The notes under the pieces were generated by a model. That model did not search any database, was not told the origin of the DNA, and saw only the letters and a program-made list of their open reading frames with translations. The position numbers and the translations under genes are program-made. A DNA stretch of 63,223 nt, counting the filler, from Phoronis australis (Eukaryota; Animalia; Phoronida): assembly GCA_002633005.1 (NCBI GenBank). It is 8 parts of 8 records of this genome, joined end to end, with 100 filler letters (N's around TTAATTAATTAA, not from the genome) between each part and the next. Parts side by side here need not be neighbours in the genome. Positions count along the whole stretch, not along the records: positions 58,049 to 61,729 come from NMRA01001450.1; positions 61,830 to 63,223 come from NMRA01001966.1; 6 more parts are not named here. The stretch is one strand, 5' to 3'. Positions 59,671-63,223 of this stretch are shown here, in pieces (the stretch's first letter is position 1; every line of letters starts with the position of its first letter).

Positions 59671-62209
59671 TTGCCATGATGATCAACAACGTGAATATAT
59701 GAAAGGTGCTTCAGACTTCATTAACGTTACAAGCAATTCTCAATACGTATATTATTGACAGTGGTGTAGTGGTAAAGTTAGACGTTAAGTAGGCGCCCAA
59801 AGCCCACCATATCACATTGAGCAATGAACGCAACTTACGGTGCGTAGGCACTACGTTCAATTTTCAAATGCCAAAAGGTGGTTGGCTGCGCCTACGTGCG
59901 NCCCCCCCCCCCCCCCCACAGCACTGATTATTGAAATGTTTGATCACTGTAATTTACCAAAAATGGGAAACTACGTGTAAGTTAGAAAGGGATACAAGAT
60001 AAAAGTCCAATAATGTGTTAAGTGTTAACCAATAGTCAAGTTTTGGACTTTCATGTGTCTTTTAAAATGGTCACGGATTAACCCAAATCTTGCTCCGTAT
60101 ATTTTCAAGGGACTCACCAAATTGTTTCTAAATCGTTACTATTGATTATAAATGACTTTTTACTTACGTGTGGGGAAGGGCCGTAAGAAGCCAGTGCGCC
60201 GTTGGGTGAAATAGTCCCAAATAGGGACTCAAATGCGTTCTCTTTGATTATAAACCGCTCTTTGACTATGGCATTTTCTATTATACCTGTATTATATCTA
60301 AAATCTGAACCCTTGATTCATTGAGAACAAATAGGAATGTAGTCCTTATATTGAGGGCATTGCACAAAAAGATCCATTCTTCTTTTCAATAATACTGAGA
60401 CTTCATTTTTATTAAAGCGAAAAAAATGACTTACACGTACATGTACATGTACAGTAGTAACAAGAAAGCACAGGATAGGATAATCACTAGTCCATAAAAG
60501 ATACGCAGTAGATTTAGATAATTTAGTTTTGTGAAACCGTGCACTGAGGAATAAATTTTTGGCAGACGAGGGGCCAGTTTTTGACGAAGTTGAATGTGTC
60601 TGTTCATTTGATATCTTACGTACGGAAGCCCAATAATGTCATTTTGAAGTGAAGAAAATATTTCATTATGGCACTATTGGGCTTCCGTATAATTCTATAC
60701 ATGTACGTGTTGTAAACATAATATCACCATGTTTCTCATTACTCTTAGCAGTTGCATCATCTCGAAAACCTAAATTCGTCACTTGTTTAGTATAAGTATC
60801 AAACGAGATAATTTCCCATTCTACCACTAGCTGACGGCGTGAGCTTTTAAAAAGCTTACTTTTATTGCTATTGTGACCTATTTTGCTCGTTAAACGTTAC
60901 TACATGTACAGATACATGTTTAGTCTGTTTGTTCAAATGTGTTTGTTAAAATGCCTAGCGCAATATTTTGATCAGTAATGAAAAATTGTAAACGAACTTT
61001 AAATTTCAACATTAATCATTTTTCACGAAATTCATAAGCAAATTACACTAAAACATACAACTTTAAATGCGGAAATTTCTTGTCTTTGACAAGTACACCT
61101 ATGAACATGGTGGATAATGTCACATACAAATTACTAGTTGAGAGAAAACAAGAATCCTTGTTTTTTAAAGATACTCTTTCAGCATCAGAGGGATTTCATC
61201 GCACCATAAATTATAGAAAATAGAGTCTGATTCGCAACTCCGACATTAACTTCTTGGGTAGGCCTACTATCCTAGAGGAGGCGCCACTCTCCTAAATTAC
61301 CAATTCCAGTTTCCGATTAGTTTATTGTGACGGGAAATTCTCGCGTCTATTTTACTGTCCAGTACAACGAAAAAAAAAGTTCGACATTGAAACACTGTTC
61401 AAAGTCTTCCAGTAGTAAAACTGCTGGTATGTGAGTACTTTTGGCACCCGACCACACAACACCCGAACATGAATAGCAGAAGACTTACTTGCCGGAAATA
61501 AAATTTGCCAGGTGTCGCTAGTGAAAAATGACTGGAAGTCACGGCTTATTAGTAAGATCACAGATTTCGACTTTTGAAAATATACGGAGTTGACGGTCCA
61601 TGTATTATAGTCTATGATGGCACGTTAGTTTAGTCGAAACTTAAGCCCAAATATAGAGAATCCTGCACGAGTCTCAGGTTTATTATATGGGCAAAACCTC
61701 TTCAAACTATGCGCGCACCCAGGGGGGGGNNNNNNNNNNNNNNNNNNNNNNNNNNNNNNNNNNNNNNNNNNNNTTAATTAATTAANNNNNNNNNNNNNNN
61801 NNNNNNNNNNNNNNNNNNNNNNNNNNNNNAGTACTGCGAATTTGAGTAGAAAGGGTGCTTCTCTGCACAGACGAAAATTGATGTACCCATGTATATTTTC
61901 GGATCCTCCTGTCAACAACCTTTCACAAAGTGAATGTTGCGTTAGGTGCAGAGAATTGCTTTAAACACAAAAAGTGAAATGAAGGTTGGCATTGTGTTTC
62001 TCTGGTGTTCGAGATATTGCTCGAGATTACGAAGTTGCCTCGTGCTGACGGTGTAGTCGCGAGCGCGAATCGAGTCCCGTATCAGGCGTTAGAATTTGAG
62101 GCACAGCGGGCAAATGCATTTTGTTAATGAATCTTTGCCATTAGCAGCACGAATTGGAGCCCTGGAAGTCGTGAGTATGTGTGTGCATGCTGTGTAACGT
62201 ATTTTATTG

Positions 62210-62289
62210 CATGGGTGGCGCACCCTAGTAGGGGGCTGGGGAGGGGGAGGGCTAAAGCCCTCCACTTTTTCAGTGTTGCGCCGCCCATG
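62210..62289. mobile_element. Very short (~80 bp) TIR element; two related partial copies at 58049-58153
   Basis: CATGGGTGGCGCA ... TGCGCCGCCCATG with TATTG on both flanks; CCACTTTTT(C)CAGTG core shared with 58049-58153. Confidence 0.6.
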
Positions 62290-62385
62290 TATTGCATTGA
62301 GTGGAAAGACAGGCATTTGACTGTATTTGTTAATATCGGCATGCTGTGGTTAGTGTGAAAAAACTGTACATGGACAAGGAACTGC

Positions 62386-62661
62386 TGTTACGATCAAAGT
62401 GGTTAGTGAGAAAAGAACTGAGTTAGTAAGAAGTAAGTTGTGGTTGATAAAGAAAAGAACCACAGCTCGTAAGAAAGGAACATGAGTAGGATTGCTAATG
62501 ATTAAAGATTAATGATCGAGATCGCTCGCGCGAGGAGGGGGGTGGGGTTCAGCGTCCTGTTTTATGAGATACGGAAATAGAAATAAAGCTATGTTGTAAA
62601 CAAAAAGAAAATGTTCTGGTCGAGGTGAGCGGTGTGCTTGGCGTTCACAACCCGCCATACA
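62386..62661 (+). mobile_element. Possible solo LTR
   Basis: TGT...ACA ends, AATAAA at about 62582, flanks CTGC/CTGT. Confidence 0.35.
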
Positions 62662-63223
62662 CTGTCTGTCCTCATACTCTTGATTGACTTATAAAGAACC
62701 AGGTGTCAGAGATATGTACATCAGATTTTTAATTCTAATACGGAGGCTGGATTCAAAATTTAGACCATGGACCGTAGGCCATAACAGGCTTTAAAGCACG
62801 CTCTTTTATGATGATGTTTGGGAGGTGGGCAATTTTGTTCATAAGCGTTAACTGGTGGTGAACGTTGGAACTACTACATAAAGATTGCCAATTTTAATAC
62901 TGCAGATCTTTCATACTTTCTTTATTAAGAGCTTTTCAACAACTTGCATTACATCAATCCACCATTTATCGAATGTTACTTGGTAAATTGTGAGCATTTT
63001 CAAGTTAACCCTAAAATTTCAAGAGAAAAATCTGTTTTTGCTGTCTGATCAAATTGGATGGAACTGGTACTAGCGGTTCCGAACATCCAATAAGAACATC
63101 ATCAATTTTAGAGTGTTTGAATTCATTACAAGTTGATTTGACGTTTCTTTGAGGAAAGTGTGTTTTCTTAAAAATGCAACTGATTGCAGTGCCCAGTGGC
63201 GGATTTAAGGGGGGGGGGGCAAG

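Noticed and set aside
13619-61829. Recurring TTAATTAATTAA motif, and apparent neighbourhood of EXOC3 and EDEM1
   Set aside because: The motif is an artificial linker between scaffolds, so no synteny or gene-cluster inference can cross it.

Overview
This is eukaryotic (animal, probably marine invertebrate) genomic DNA, not prokaryotic. It is also not one contiguous locus. Seven identical 100-nt linkers (44 N + TTAATTAATTAA + 44 N) join eight separate scaffolds: 1-13618, 13719-21000, 21101-39623, 39724-44320, 44421-54001, 54102-57948, 58049-61729 and 61830-63223. Two host genes are recognisable from in-phase GT-AG exons: 12 internal exons of EXOC3/Sec6 (28270-38846, +) and 3 internal exons of EDEM1 (48011-51280, +). 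Most of the rest is repeat-derived: degraded Tx1/L1 and CR1/L2-type LINEs, Gypsy gag/pol fragments, Kolobok-, piggyBac-, MULE- and hAT-like non-autonomous elements, Helentron-associated (HINE-like) elements, palindromic elements with tRNA-like modules, and mini/microsatellites. Nearly all ORFs in the supplied track are spurious. The most unusual signals are: (1) minisatellites sitting exactly on splice sites, one of which carries the U1 snRNA 5' sequence and can pair with its own exon's acceptor; (2) a 21-site AP-1-type palindrome array in an EDEM1 intron; (3) CTCF-like motif arrays inside HINE elements; (4) a foldback-like inverted pair around a promoter-like micro-exon. None can be called a new system from sequence alone.
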